Shown: piece by piece, positions 35,591 to 48,348 of the stretch
Layout: each line of letters opens with the position of its first letter
How positions within the stretch are numbered: position 1 is the stretch's first letter
DNA from: Lama guanicoe
Lineage: Eukaryota
NCBI GenBank assembly: GCA_013239625.1
Contig: MU056134.1
Location: 7,591,007-7,655,006 of the forward strand
Direction: 5' to 3'
DNA: 64,000 nucleotides
Translations under genes and position numbers: made by a program
Notes under the pieces: model-generated
Databases searched by the model: none
Told to the model about the DNA's origin: nothing
Seen by the model: only the letters and a program-made list of their open reading frames with translations

Positions 35591-38500
35591 TGCCCGGAGC
35601 AGTCACTGGGTGTGTGGCAGTTTGAGCTCAGCGGGACAGCCCTGCCCCCTGCCGGAACCCCCTTAAGAGCTTCCGGTGTCCCTCAGCCACTTCCCTGGGA
35701 GGCTCTGCTGCTCAGGCCTGGGGCAGGTGGCCAAGTGCAGCTCTCCTGGGACATGGACAGGAGACTGCATCATTGCCATTCTCATAGCTGGGTTCCTAGA
35801 GCCAGCTGGCTGGTAATGCCACCCTTCCCTCCTGGACAGGCCCAGGGTCTTGCACTAAGACCTGGGCACTGTTGGACACTTTCATTTAGCTTTTTTTTTT
35901 TTTTAACATTCTGCCTTGGTGTGTTTGGAAGGATGGGTAGAGCATGTGGTGTACTGCTAAGTTCATTTCACGCATGAGACTAGGGAGGCCAAGTACTTGC
36001 CCAAGGTCAAACAGCCCCAAAGTGGTGGATTAGGATTCCATACCCAGGTCCCCAAAGCCCTGGTTCTTTCTGCTGCACCACGGGGCCTTACGGTTTGCAC
36101 TTGGTGGGGCCAGGTGCCTTGAGGCCAAGGCTGGAGTCTTGCTCCTATGGCTGCCTGGCAGTGTGGATAGGTCTCTACCCATATTCCCCAAATGATTGAC
36201 TCACTGAGGCCTCACCAGGACAGGGAGCACTTCCAGCCTTATTATTCCATGAGATAAAGGAGCTTTTCAGGCATTTTCCAGAGAGTAGAGTTTGATGGTG
36301 GGGGGCGGGGGTGGTAGAGACAATGTGACAGGATGCTGAAGGTAGGAAGGCACCCCAGGGAGCCTGGGGGACCTGGGGCCTGTAGGATTTGGATTTGGGC
36401 CTGAGATGTATTACTTTGTGATGATCCATTAGAGGTGGTCCAGGCAAATGTGCCGGTGAGCATCAGCTGTCTGAGTGGTGCTGGGGGGGCTTCCCTCCCC
36501 CATGGACCCGGAGGGCACACCGTCAGCATGGCGGCCCCTGGAGAAGAGGACATCTGAGCACCCCTCCCACACACACACACCCCTGGAGGCCCTTCTCATT
36601 CACCTGGAGAAGAAACTATTGAAGTTGGTTTTTGCCAAAATTCTGCTTTGGATTTGGTTCCTTGATAATACCTGTTGCTGGCTTTGGGGGAAAGTCCTGA
36701 ATCTGCCAGTTTTATGGGGCATCTAACAAAGGCCCACACACTAGTGCTCTCAGCCCGGTCCTATCTGTCTGGGGTAGGGGGTGCCACAGTGACAGATATC
36801 CTGGCCAAGGTGAGACAACCTTGTGATCTCAGTGAAGATAGTGACGAAGCAGCCAGGGCAAGCACGTGACATCTTCCAGCACCGTAGCCCTGGGGTGGCA
36901 TGGAGCTCTGTCCTGTAGAAACCTTTAAGACCTCTCATGTTTCTGATTTGTTCAGCTGTCACGGGTTTTTTCTTTCCTTGGCAGTTTCCCCCTTGAAATG
37001 TACACATGCTGCTTTGGGTTGCCTGAGTGTCTTCTCTGCCAAGGATTTTCCTGTTAATTCTCCATGGGCTCCATGGGTCTTGACACAGAAATCCAGAGGC
37101 AGGCACAGGGATGGCTTTCTTTTTGGTGCGTGTATGCAGTGCGTTTCCTACACTGCCTGAAATCCCCCACCCGCTTCCTGACAAATACATTGACCAATGC
37201 TGTGCAGTTCTGCTCTTTCTTCAAATCCCAGCTGAAGCGTTGCCTCCCAGGTAACTGGACTGACACCTCCATCATAGTCCTTGCCATAGCACTTCGCCAT
37301 GGCTTATGTCCAGGCTTTTCTTCTGGACGTGAACCCTGTGAGGACAGGGGTCACTTCTCACTCCCATTTGTGTCCTGACCTCTTAGCGCAATGCCCTGGG
37401 ACACTGACAAAACACCCTGAGACAGGGAAGAGGATAAAGGAGCTAAGATTTCTTGAATATTTCTGTATGCCAGGCACTGAACCAGGCACAGAGACAGATT
37501 GCCTTTAATTTCTCACTCCAGTTTTGCAGGGAGGTACTTTTTGCCCTCTTCATATAATTTTTCAACCAAGGGCATGGAAAGCAGGAATTGAACTCAGCTC
37601 TGATTCATTCCATAGTCCAAGATTTTTCTTCTCCATCGCACTTCTTTCAAAAGTAATATGATTAAAAGAATAATAATAATAATAATAGTATAGGGCTTTC
37701 TAAGCACTAGGACCTATTGTAAGTGATTTACACTAAAAACAAGTGTCATAAATGTTCTAAATGTTTAATCCTCAAAATAATCCCAGGAGGTAAATATTAT
37801 TATTTTTCTCTATTTCAAAGAGGAGGAATCCTTACCACAGAGAGGTTGAGTTACTCACCCTAAGCCACACAGCTTAAGCAGGAGTGCAGCCTCTGAATGT
37901 GGGTAGTCTGGCTCCATCCCCTGTGCTCTCAAATGCTTCCCAGACCATCTCTGCCCTCAGAGCCACACTGGTGTGACAATTCACGTGAATTAGCTTTCCC
38001 ATCCTTGCAAACCCACTTGGCCGGAAAAACAAATTCACGAGGCAGAGCATGAGTGGACCCATGTGACCTAGCCACCCAGAAGGTAGAATTTAACATTGTG
38101 ATTTCCCATTAATAAGCTTTTAAGAAAATTTCCCTTTGCTTGTTTATCTCTAAAACATCTGTCACTCCGCACCTGGCCTCCTGGCCTTATGTGTGCCAGC
38201 CAGCCCACATTCTTGATGTGTGACCACCGCCACCAATTATAAGCTCTTCCTCCCATGAAGTGAGTTTGTTGGGGGGTCCAATTTAGGTCCATGTGATTTT
38301 CTGGTTTTATGATCCAGTTTTTGGAGCTGACACTTGTTGGCTTGATCACGCTTCACTGGACCTCCCGATATTCCTGCTGACCCAAAATCCCTACGACTCA
38401 GAGGCTTGGTTTTAGAAAAATATCAGAGCTACCACCTAACCCTGGTCTTAGGAATCCTTGCTACACACCCAATCAGTGACAGTCCGCGGGTAACCGATTC

Positions 38501-41059
38501 TACTCTGAAACATCTGGCAGTGTTTAAAGTGAAGAAGCTTCCAACAAATCAGAATTGGTCTCTTTGCCAGTTTCCCCTAATTTCTCCTTTGGGGAGCCAC
38601 ACAAAATAAGCTTGATCTTTCTTTCACATGCGAACCGTTGAATACGCTTTATAGAATCAAAGTACATCAGTGCTGAATGGTGCTCTAGCAGTCAAGCTAC
38701 CTAGCAAAGCCTTCAAGATAGTCTTTTCTCGTCCAGGTCAATGCCACCTGTTTCTTCACCTGTTTCTCCTGTTCTCTCTGCTCTTGGGATGCGATCTTGG
38801 ATGTCGGTGTCTTTAAAAATGGGAGCCTTCAGTTCAACACAGTGTGAGCTCACCAAGCTCTTTACTCTAGACCTGGTCCTTCTGGGCCCTGACCTTCCTT
38901 CTGATGGTCATGGATTCCCTTTGTCCTCTCACCCCTGGGAGTTAGTGGAAGTGATGGGTGGGGAGAGGGAGAGAGGTGGCAGTAACAATGGGTTCTAAGT
39001 GTCTCTGCTTAGGATGCCATGTGCTTTCTTGTAGGACTCATGGGATAAGAGTCAACATGACTTCTAGTCTTAGACTTCATTGATACTATGGGGCTGGTGG
39101 GCTTTTGTGGGTTTGCCTGTGAACCTAAATATCTCACTTTCTCTCCTTCTTTGTCTTTCTTTTCCGTCTCTGTCCTGCTCTTGGCTCTCTATTGCTCCAC
39201 CTCCCTGTCTCCCCTTCTTCTCTTTTCTCCTTCTCTTCCCCTCCCCATCCGTTCTCCTCCCTGCAACCTCTGCCTGAATCCTAGTGGTCCTCTCTGATGC
39301 CTTCTTAGCCTGTGCTCCTGGTGGTCCCTGGGCTCATCGAGGTGGCTGTAGTGTCCCAGGACCTCAGCCCATGTCCAGTAGTCTTGATGGATGGGGCTCT
39401 GATGCCGGGGGAAAGAGCGAGGAGGACTTCACCAGGGTTTTAGTTACGCATTGCACACTCAATTCCTCCACCCCTCCCAGCCTCCCTCCGGGAGGGCTGG
39501 CACTGGAGCTGCCATTTTCACACACTTCAGCATCTCCTCTGCTTCTCCCGCTGACCCTGGGCTTTCTTGTATTATACTTGGCGAATGCTACTTCTCTCTT
39601 CTTTTTGGCTCTTTCTTAGATTCTCCAGATTTTTTTTTTTTTTGCATTTTTGGTCATCCTCATTTTACTGGAGTTCAAGCTCTCAACTACTTATCCTTCA
39701 CTGGCACTAAATCCTAGGGGTAAGAGGACAAACAGGGGCCCACAACCGCCAGACGCAACATCGGGACTGGAAGGACCAGGTCCACAGTAGAGGACTGGTA
39801 GGCTCACGCTCTGCTGAAGCCCTGTCTGTGCTCCACCGAAAATGGCAAACCCTGAAGCGTGGGAGGAGTGAAAGTAACCTGGAAGCTAAGTGAACCCCTT
39901 CACTCTTGGGGGAGAAAGGGGAAGTCCAGAGAGGGGAGTGGCTTTTGCTAGAAATTGCACAGACTGATATTGATAACCAGAGAACCAGAATCCAGATACC
40001 AACTTCTGGTTCATTTTCTGATCACCCTATGGAATAACTTTTTTACAGCCCATTTTGAAATCAGCAATGTATTCACACAGTTCAAAAAGGACAAAGGAGT
40101 CTAGTAAAAAGACTCTCTACCCCTCCCCTCCCCCAGCACCCGTTTTTCCTGCCTCGAGGCAACTAATGCTATGCCGTATAATCTATTAATGATACTTATG
40201 AATATACATATGTGTGTAAGAGTCTCCGTATGTCTCCCTTTTCTCACGCAAATGGTTGCATTCCATGAGTACCATTTCGTAGAGTAATTGTATTCCGTGT
40301 TCTTCACACCTTTTCTCTCTGTATTTGCAGTTATTTTATGGTTGCTTTCCTCTGGCACCTCATTCCAACTTCTGTTATTTTCCTCAACTTCTCATTTCCC
40401 ATTGTCCTGCTCTCCCATCCAAAAAGGACAGTGGGTCCTGTGACAAGCTAGTACACAGAGCTTGCCATTTTGTTATCAGATTTTTGTTAACCCTTTGCTA
40501 GATACACTGAGGGATGAAAGCTCTTGTGTGGATAATCTCAAATAGCAGGTAATGCAGAGATGTTTTCGTTTGCCTCTGAAGTGTATTACACAAGTCATTT
40601 TGCATAGGATTTAATTTTCAGGTCGTATTTTCTTTAGACTAATTGTAGCACACACACATACATAATTGAGTGCCCTGAGCATACAGCTCTTGTTGGTTTG
40701 GGAATGTGGTCCAAATATGCATTGGTTGGCAGAGAAAGCCAGTTTGGGATTCAGAAGTTTCTGTGACTAATATATAGAGTGGCTAAGAAACACCATGGTG
40801 AGAAACAGAGAGCATCCATGCCAAAAGTGATCTTAATGAGCATGCAGTTAAACAGAAGAGAAAATTGATGTACACAGTTTAATGACTTGCCCTGGTCACT
40901 GGGAAGTTGANNNNNNNNNNNNNNNNNNNNNNNNNNNNNNNNNNNNNNNNNNNNNNNNNNNNNNNNNNNNNNNNNNNNNNNNNNNNNNNNNNNNNNNNNN
41001 NNNNNNNNNNNNNNNNNNNNNNNNNNNNNNNNNNNNNNNNNATGATGATGCTGATATTT

Positions 41060-41280
41060 GAAAGCTAATGTTAATTGAGCACTAACTATGTGTCAACACT
41101 GTGCTCAGTGAACATGCCATAACTCACTTAATCCTCAAGGCAACCATATGAGCTCTGTATCACTATTATAGCTCTTCTACACACGAGGGAACTGAAGCAG
41201 AGACTGGATAAGCAACTTGTTTAGTCAGTGGCTGGGTTCAAACCCAGGCATTCTGGCTCGAGAGTGCAGGATTTTAATTA
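41060..41280 (-). mobile_element. MIR SINE
   Basis: agctaatgttaattgagcactaactatgtgtcaacactgtgct...cacttaatcctca...ggaactgaagcagagac...gggttcaaacccaggca. Confidence 0.75.
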
Positions 41281-43489
41281 GGTTGGGGGTAATTAGCTGA
41301 AATGATGACTGCAGTGGCTATCGATTGATCACCTAGTCCGTGCCGGGCACCGGGAATGCAACGTCTACTCAGACATAACCCCTGTCTTCGCCGGTGGTCT
41401 AGTTGGGGACATGGGTAAGAAAATAGATACTTCTAAATAAAATACGATAAATGCTGTGTCAGAGATGAGTACGGTATATTGGGAGGGTCCCGAGGAGGGG
41501 GCTCCCCTCCATTGGTCTGACAGCTATCGTCATACACATTTCCCACTGAGTCTCTACATTCATTTTCATTTTTTCACCCCAAATCATGGAGAACTGTGGG
41601 ACTCTGTCTACGGGGACCAACCTTGGAGTGAGGATTTGCAACCAGAGGCAGTACCAGCACCGGCCCACACTGAGGAGCCCTGATCCATGACGTCCACGTA
41701 TCCGCAGCCACGTCCTCCTGACATGGGTTTTTGTGTCCCCAGTGGTGTCCAGGTGACTCGTGATGGTTACTTCCTAAGTGCAGGCCACATCAATAATTAA
41801 TCTCTCTCCTTCCCCCAGTGTCGCCTTACCTATTCGAGGTTTAGGCTTGAATGACTGGGGTCTTGGTTGTAATTTTGGCCATAAAGTTAGCAGGGCACTG
41901 GAGCTTTGCACACTTTTCTACCCAATTTCCTCTCCCATATACATAAGAAAACTCTCATTAAAACAGTTTAGCATAATAACCTTCACCAGTAGTTACCATC
42001 CACTCAGATTACAAAAAGGCAGGCAGTTAAAATAGGATTTAATGACATATAAAACCCCAGGTACAATTAGGCATTTAATTCACAATTCCTCGACTGGCCC
42101 CTTCACTGTGTTCAGTCGTGACTTAGTCTCACCCCGGCTCTCACCTCCCCTCCTGGAGCGCTAAGTAACCCTCCGCAGTGACTCAGAGATCTAAGGCTGG
42201 GTTGATTTGTCAAAAGCCTCCTTCAGGGCTGTTTTCCCTCCAGCCACAGCTTTTCCCTGTCTCAGCCTCTGTCTAGCAGTTTGTTTACTTTTTTCCCCTT
42301 GTAAATAACCTGGCCAAACCACTACCTCGGGTTTCTCTCCTCCTGGTTTATCTTGCCTGTCCACCCAAAGCGGGAACAGAATAGGGTGGGAGGTGGGATG
42401 TCGTACATTCTCTTGCAGTGGTGTGGACCTGCGTGATCATCCAAACAGAAGACAAGGGAGACGGGGACAGGACAGGGAAGGTAGGATGGAGGTGGGGGTG
42501 GTGAGAGAGGAGAGGGGAAGAGAGGAAAAGAACACAAGGGCACCAACTGTGTACCTACCATACTATTATGGGCACCATGCACTATTCTTCCCAACAACTC
42601 TCCCAAGTCAGGAATATCATCTCATTTTACTGACGGGGACATAGAAGCTGTATCTTTCCAATCTTATTCTCTCTGTTGCTAGCTTAAGCATGGCTTAAAC
42701 TATAATCGCCCAATGCAACCATTCACTGAGCTAGGTGTCAGGCACTGAGTTAAGCCTCGTTTTCAGGATAAGGAAAATGAGGCTCAGAGAGGTGAAGTTA
42801 CTTTCCTGGGGTCACACAGAGTAAGTCATACAGTAGCAGAGTCAGGATTCCAACCCAGGTCTGACTCCAACATGTCAGTCATTATTAGAAAGGCAAGACA
42901 TTGGGAGTTCGGAAAGAGGAAAGATAACGTGAGTGGCAGCATAATTCGGAGTTTTGCAAAAGCCCTTGGGGAGGTGAAGGAAGTGAAAACAGAAGCCAGG
43001 CTCTCAGTATCCGCTGTGCACCCGAGCTAGATTCTTCCCAGCTTCGGTGTGATGCCATTGTGGGCAGAGCTAAAACTATACAAGCCTAGTGGTGGGAAAA
43101 AGGCTTAGGGAAGGACCTATGGGTACAAGTGCCAGGCTTACTTGTATTTAAATAAGTTAGAGAAAGCCTCTCTCAGCATGGAAATGATCTTATACACTGA
43201 GAGCCACCATATGGTTCAAAGTAGGAACTCATTGTTACAAACCGCCAGCTTTCAGCCAATCCTCCTTTGTGCCTCTCCCTCCCTCCCTCCCTCCCTCTTC
43301 CTTTTCCTTCCTTCCAGATCTCAGACTTGCTTTCTCCTTTTAATCGATACTTCTCTAGCCCAACAGTGCTTACGTTTACTCATTCAATATTTCTCAGCAG
43401 CCTACAGCCCTAACACACAACATTAGCTTCAAAACGGCTCTCTGAAAGTGCTGGGAGTTAGGAAGGCAAGTTCATAAGCTCGGTGTGCA

Positions 43490-43720
43490 ATAAAGAGCAC
43501 GAAACAGTTCATACCCTTTCACCTGGTAATCCTACACCCTGGTGGGTTCCCCAGGGAAATAACCCAAAGCACAAAGGTGCTCGAAGTGAGGCTTGCCACG
43601 CGGGAGAAAAACAAACAAACAAATTAAAATCAGTTCACATGCCCAAAGCTAGAGGAACGGCTGAGCAAATAATGGTGACACTATGTCCCTGGAAAATGAT
43701 GTCATTTTAAAAGAACAGGA
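43490..43720 (+). mobile_element. Old L1 (L1M/L1ME-type) ORF2-end fragment
   Basis: gttcataccctttcacctggtaatcc...ccagggaaataa...catgcccaaagctagaggaacggctgagcaaataatggt resembles ancient L1 3' sequence. Confidence 0.45.
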
Positions 43721-45739
43721 CAAGGATGCCCATGCATTTTGTTAGAGATGAAACAGCACTGAGTAAAGAGATCTGAGCACAGGGGGCTCCCCCAGCACTC
43801 CAGGGAAACAGCTCTTTGTGCATGAACAACAGTCGGAGGAGAACTAGGAGAGACAAGGTTTACTAACAACTAGGTTCTTTTGGTAAAATTACTTAGATTT
43901 TAGACAAACAGACAAAATGCAAGCTGAGCAGAGCCAAGCTTGGGAAGCAGGCCTGTTGGAAGAGGAAGATTTTCTGTCTCTATACAGTGGTATCCCTGGG
44001 GTAGGGGCCACCGTAGCCCTGCACCTCTTGGCCAGCCTCACCATCCTCCACCCCCGGCACCACCCACCCGTCAAGGGACGTGAGCCACCAGGTGCCGCCC
44101 TGATGGGCTGCCTACCATCACCATGAACCATGCCCACTCTTGTATGTTCCTCCTGGTTTCTGCCTCCCAGATACCCCTCCTCCCGCATTATCAGGTTCCA
44201 CAGGATCCCCGCCTTAGTCTCACTCCCTTTTGAACAAAACCCCAGCAATGACTCACACGATAGATGCTCCATGACCACACAGTGACCCATAATAAAAACT
44301 GACTCAGAGGCTAACTGTCCCCAGTGAGGGAGAGGTGTTTGGATGAGGATGGCTCAGAGATGCTGCTTTCCTTGTGTCCTTTCTGGGGGCTCTGCCTCTG
44401 TGCGACCTCCCTCTGACTTGTGGTTAAACCCACGGCGGGCTGATTTGATCTGGTGCGCTTGACCCTGGCTGGACCTCAGCGGTGCGAAGGGTGAGCACTT
44501 TCTCCAGCTACACCATGCTTCTGCCTTTAATTCTGGTTGGAATTCTCCTTGGTCTTGGCACCCATAATAGTCTTCTTACCAGTTTAGAGGCAATTCAAGA
44601 AGATAAGGAAAAATACCGCTGGAGCAGTCACAATGCATGTTCCCAAACTAAAAAAAAAAACAAAAAACAAAAAAAAAAACAGTAGTCTTAATTAATTGAG
44701 GAGAGTAACGTGGCAGGCATAGTGCTAGGAATTTTGTGCCAAGGAGGAATCTGAGGCTGAGAGACATCAAGTGGGTTATTTAAGGTCAAACTCAGGTTTT
44801 GCTGATGTTAAAATCTACCCCCCTACCCCCGTTAAATGATACAGGCTTCCAGGCACCAAAGATACCATCACATAGTTTAAGCATGAGTGAGCCTTTGCTT
44901 TATGTACAATCTTGATAACATGCTTGGTTATTTGTTTTTCAGGCTCTCGGGTGAACAGAAATACTATACATTGTGAAAAGAAATAAGTACGATTAAGATT
45001 CAAGAGCGCTAATGGCCAGAATATATAGACAAAGCCTGACCACAAAGGAGAAGACAAAACAACTATAAAAACAGATAAAAGGACCAAAAAAAGATGCCAC
45101 TTAATGTTGGGCAAACGCCACATGTTTCCAATCGTCCTGAATCTTTTAGCCTCAAATAATAGTTGGAATTTACAATGATGGCCTTGAGTTGCCAAGATTA
45201 CATTTTGTTCTGTATCATTTGCATAAGAATATGTGAAAGGATGGGATATTTTTCAGGAGTTTTGGCCAAATGGTTCCATTAAAAAAAAAAAGTTGTGGTG
45301 CTCAAAGGAATAAATAAATCTTTAACTCTTCGAAACGTTGGCTGTTCAGAAAAATGTCTTATTTCCTTGGGAGAGAAAGTCTGAATGACAAAGGTTCAGT
45401 TTTTTCATTGGTCCACTGTTTCAGCCATCACTTTGAACAAAGTTTCCCTGTTGTCATTTTGTTTCATGTCCAAACCGTGGATCGGCACATGGCTTTAACA
45501 TCCCCAATTGGTTACGTTGCTGCTGGTTGGGTTATGCTGCAGGTGTTTAGTTGTTCTATAAAAAAGGGAGTTTCATGGTATTTAAATGTTTCTATTTCTT
45601 CTCTGTTTCTTCAACTAAAAATAATGACAGACCAATTTTTACCTCGTTTTTTTTTCCCTGCAGAAAGAAACAATAAAAGAGAAATGGAATTCCATTTGAG
45701 AAACAGGGCTATCATTTACGTCTCATGAAAAACATTTCA

Positions 45740-45904
45740 GGGGAGGATATAGCTCAAGTGGTAGAGTGCATGCTTGGCGTGCAGGAGGTCCTGGGTTCAA
45801 TCCCCACTACCTTCATTTAAAAAAAATAGTAAGTAGACCTAGTTACCTCTCCCCTGCAAAACAAAAACAAAAACAAAAACAAAAAACAACAACAAAAAAA
45901 CCAG
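45740..45904 (+). mobile_element. tRNA-derived SINE (camelid vic-1-like, tRNA-Ala-related) with A-rich tail and target-site duplication
   Basis: GGGGAGGATATAGCTCAAGTGGTAGAG (A box)...GGGTTCAATCCCC (B box), then a body and a (CAAAAA)n tail. Flanking direct repeats aaacatttca (45730-45739) and aaacatttta (45905-45914). Confidence 0.88.
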
Positions 45905-46053
45905 AAACATTTTAGGGTTTTGTTCTGTAGGACTTGGAAATCTTGTGCAATCAGGGATAGAATTTTGACTTCTAGGCTGGTATCAGAAATCAGAATATTT
46001 CAACTAATGGAGGATGTGTATTTGCTTTTGGAATGCAAACTTCCTCTGGAGGG

Positions 46054-46056
<3 letters not shown>

Positions 46057-46094
<38 letters not shown>
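46057..46094. repeat. (TG)19 microsatellite
   Basis: Read directly. Confidence 0.95.
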
Positions 46095-46097
<3 letters not shown>

Positions 46098-47089
46098 CCT
46101 TTTTCATACACATACTGATTGATAGTGAGAAATGTGAAATGTCCTGCTTTGCAAATTATTGACAATATAGCCTATTAAATTTGGAACTGGAATTTTACCC
46201 ATGGGAAGGGAGATTTCATTCATAAATTCTAAGTCCTTTTTGTACCTAGAAATCTTAGAATCATCCTCAAGTAAGCCCTCACCTCCGCACCCCTACCACC
46301 TTCTATCTGTCACTAAAGGCGGTCGATTCTGTCTGTAAATGGTCCTCAAGCCCACGGGCTGTGCTCTGTGATCCGCGATCCGTTTTCATGGTCTCTAACG
46401 CGGTTCAGGCCCCTCTGGTCTAGAGCTTACCGCCTCCCCTGTTAGTCTAGCTCTTAACTTGGCCCCTTGCCTTTGATTTCCTCCCTCTCCAATCTATTCC
46501 AGATCTGACCATTCTAATTATGTCATTCTTCTGCTTAAAATTCTTCTGTGGCTCCCCACTGCCTGTGGCAGAGCTTCGCAGCCCGTGTGTTGTGTCACAC
46601 GATGAGTTACAGGGAGGGTGGGTGCTGATCCTCATAGCCTCGGGGACACCCGAGCAGGCTCGGAGAAGCAGGAGCCCCAGGGGCTGCTCAGGGCCACAGC
46701 ATTGTCCCTTTGCCCCAGTATGCTGTTTAGAGATGACCTATTTGGATATTGAAAAGAATTCCAGAAAGTTCTGGGAAACCCTCGCTTATAAAACCCTTCT
46801 CACTCTGGCCCCATTTGCTCCACCAGCCCCTCCTGCTACTTCACTTCCTACCCTATCAACAGCCTTCTGAGTCTCTTGCTTTTCCATCTTAAATCCATGC
46901 CACATTTTTGCAACTTTATGACTTTGAAGTTGAGGCCCCGAAGATATCTTCCCCTTTTCTCTGCTTGGTGAACTTGTCACTTTTGAGAGCCTGCTCACCC
47001 ATTCCCCTCTCGGAAGCTCTCCCTGGCTTCTGTGAACAGGATGAACCAGTTCCTCTGCTCCCCTCCAACACAAGCTGGACAGGGGAAAT

Positions 47090-47260
47090 TGGGAAAGTTA
47101 CTTAAAGTCTCTGAGTCTTAATTTTCTCATTTGAAAAATGGAGATAATAATATCTGCCTGGCAAGGTTAGCGTAAAGATTAAATAAAATAACATACGTAA
47201 AGCATTTAGCACCGAGCTTGGAGTATAGTAAGCACTCAGTGAATATTTGCTGAATAATAA
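47090..47260 (+). mobile_element. MIR SINE
   Basis: aagttacttaaagtctctgagtcttaattttctcatttgaaaaatggagataataat...gtaaagcatttagcac...tagtaagcactcagtgaatattt. Confidence 0.75.
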
Positions 47261-48328
47261 ATGGTGTCATTAACTAGCCGACTTTGCTGGTGCCCTTCTG
47301 CCATAATTACGCAAGGGTGGTTCACTCCTCTTTTAAGATCGTCCTGTGCATCTTGGTGCAATAGATTCGACTCTGCTAGGGTGTCAGCTCCATGAAAGGC
47401 AGAATCTTGCGTCTGTCCACTGGTGTACCCTATAGCCACACTCAACAGGGTCTGGCCCGTAATAGACCTTGAAAATCTTTGTTGATTGTTTGCCGTCCTG
47501 TTTCGGTTCCTGTGTAGGTCAAATGGAATGACGTACATGAAAGACTTTGGAAGTACACACATCTTGCCAGTATAAGTCCAGGAACTGCCCCCTCACTGAC
47601 ACTTGCAGTCTCAAGACGGATGCTTGGGCTGAGCCGCCAGCATGTGAACGTGCTTGCAGATTCCTGTTCCGTGGTGTGGCACACCAGTTCTGGATGCAAA
47701 GTGCTAGAATTTTTCTTGGTTGGACAGAGATAACCAAGGCAGACATTCTATTTGTATTGTTACCTTTTGAAATAGATGCCTGAAGAGAAAAGTTATTTAT
47801 GAATCTGTCAGCTTCAGCTCTTAAAGGCTTTAGCAGAAATGTGGTTCTAGATATTATGTAGCTAGCTAGGGTTCTCGTACCCCGGCTCTCCAGACTGGGG
47901 TGCGATCATTATCAAGGAAGAGGAAGTCGCCTTGGGAAGGGCAGGTGAGGGGACTCTGGGTGGGCTTCCCTTCAGGTGAGAGCAGGCAGCTCCTTGGCCA
48001 TCAGCCAGTCCAATCTCCTTGGTCCAATTTGTAGATAAGGACATTGAGGCCCAGAGAGAGTCAGTGACTTGTCCCAGGTCACACAGCCAGCTCTGGGATC
48101 CCCCTTCAACATTCCTTCCTTTCTCTTTGCTACAGTGGCTGTAACAGAGAGAGGAGGAGGGGTTCCAGGCACAGGAAACAACACCACTTGAAAAATACCG
48201 GATACATGGAATCTATGTAAGGGCTCCATTCATACATATTTGGTAGCTCAGGTCTGAACAGAGGCTGAGAAATGACAGCTCTCTGTGTATGATTGTGAGT
48301 GAACACAGATAAGGTATAAAGACCAGAC

Positions 48329-48348
48329 TGTGTGTGTGTGTGTGTGTG
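48329..48348. repeat. (TG)10 microsatellite
   Basis: Read directly. Confidence 0.9.

Noticed and set aside
36462-36486. REST/RE1 site (GCTGTCTGAGTGGTGCTGG)
   Set aside because: Half-sites are mismatched and the spacer is non-canonical. I found no convincing RE1 site by eye.
45740-45815. tRNA-Ala gene
   Set aside because: Non-tRNA 3' body, A-rich tail, TSD and disrupted stems identify it as a SINE.
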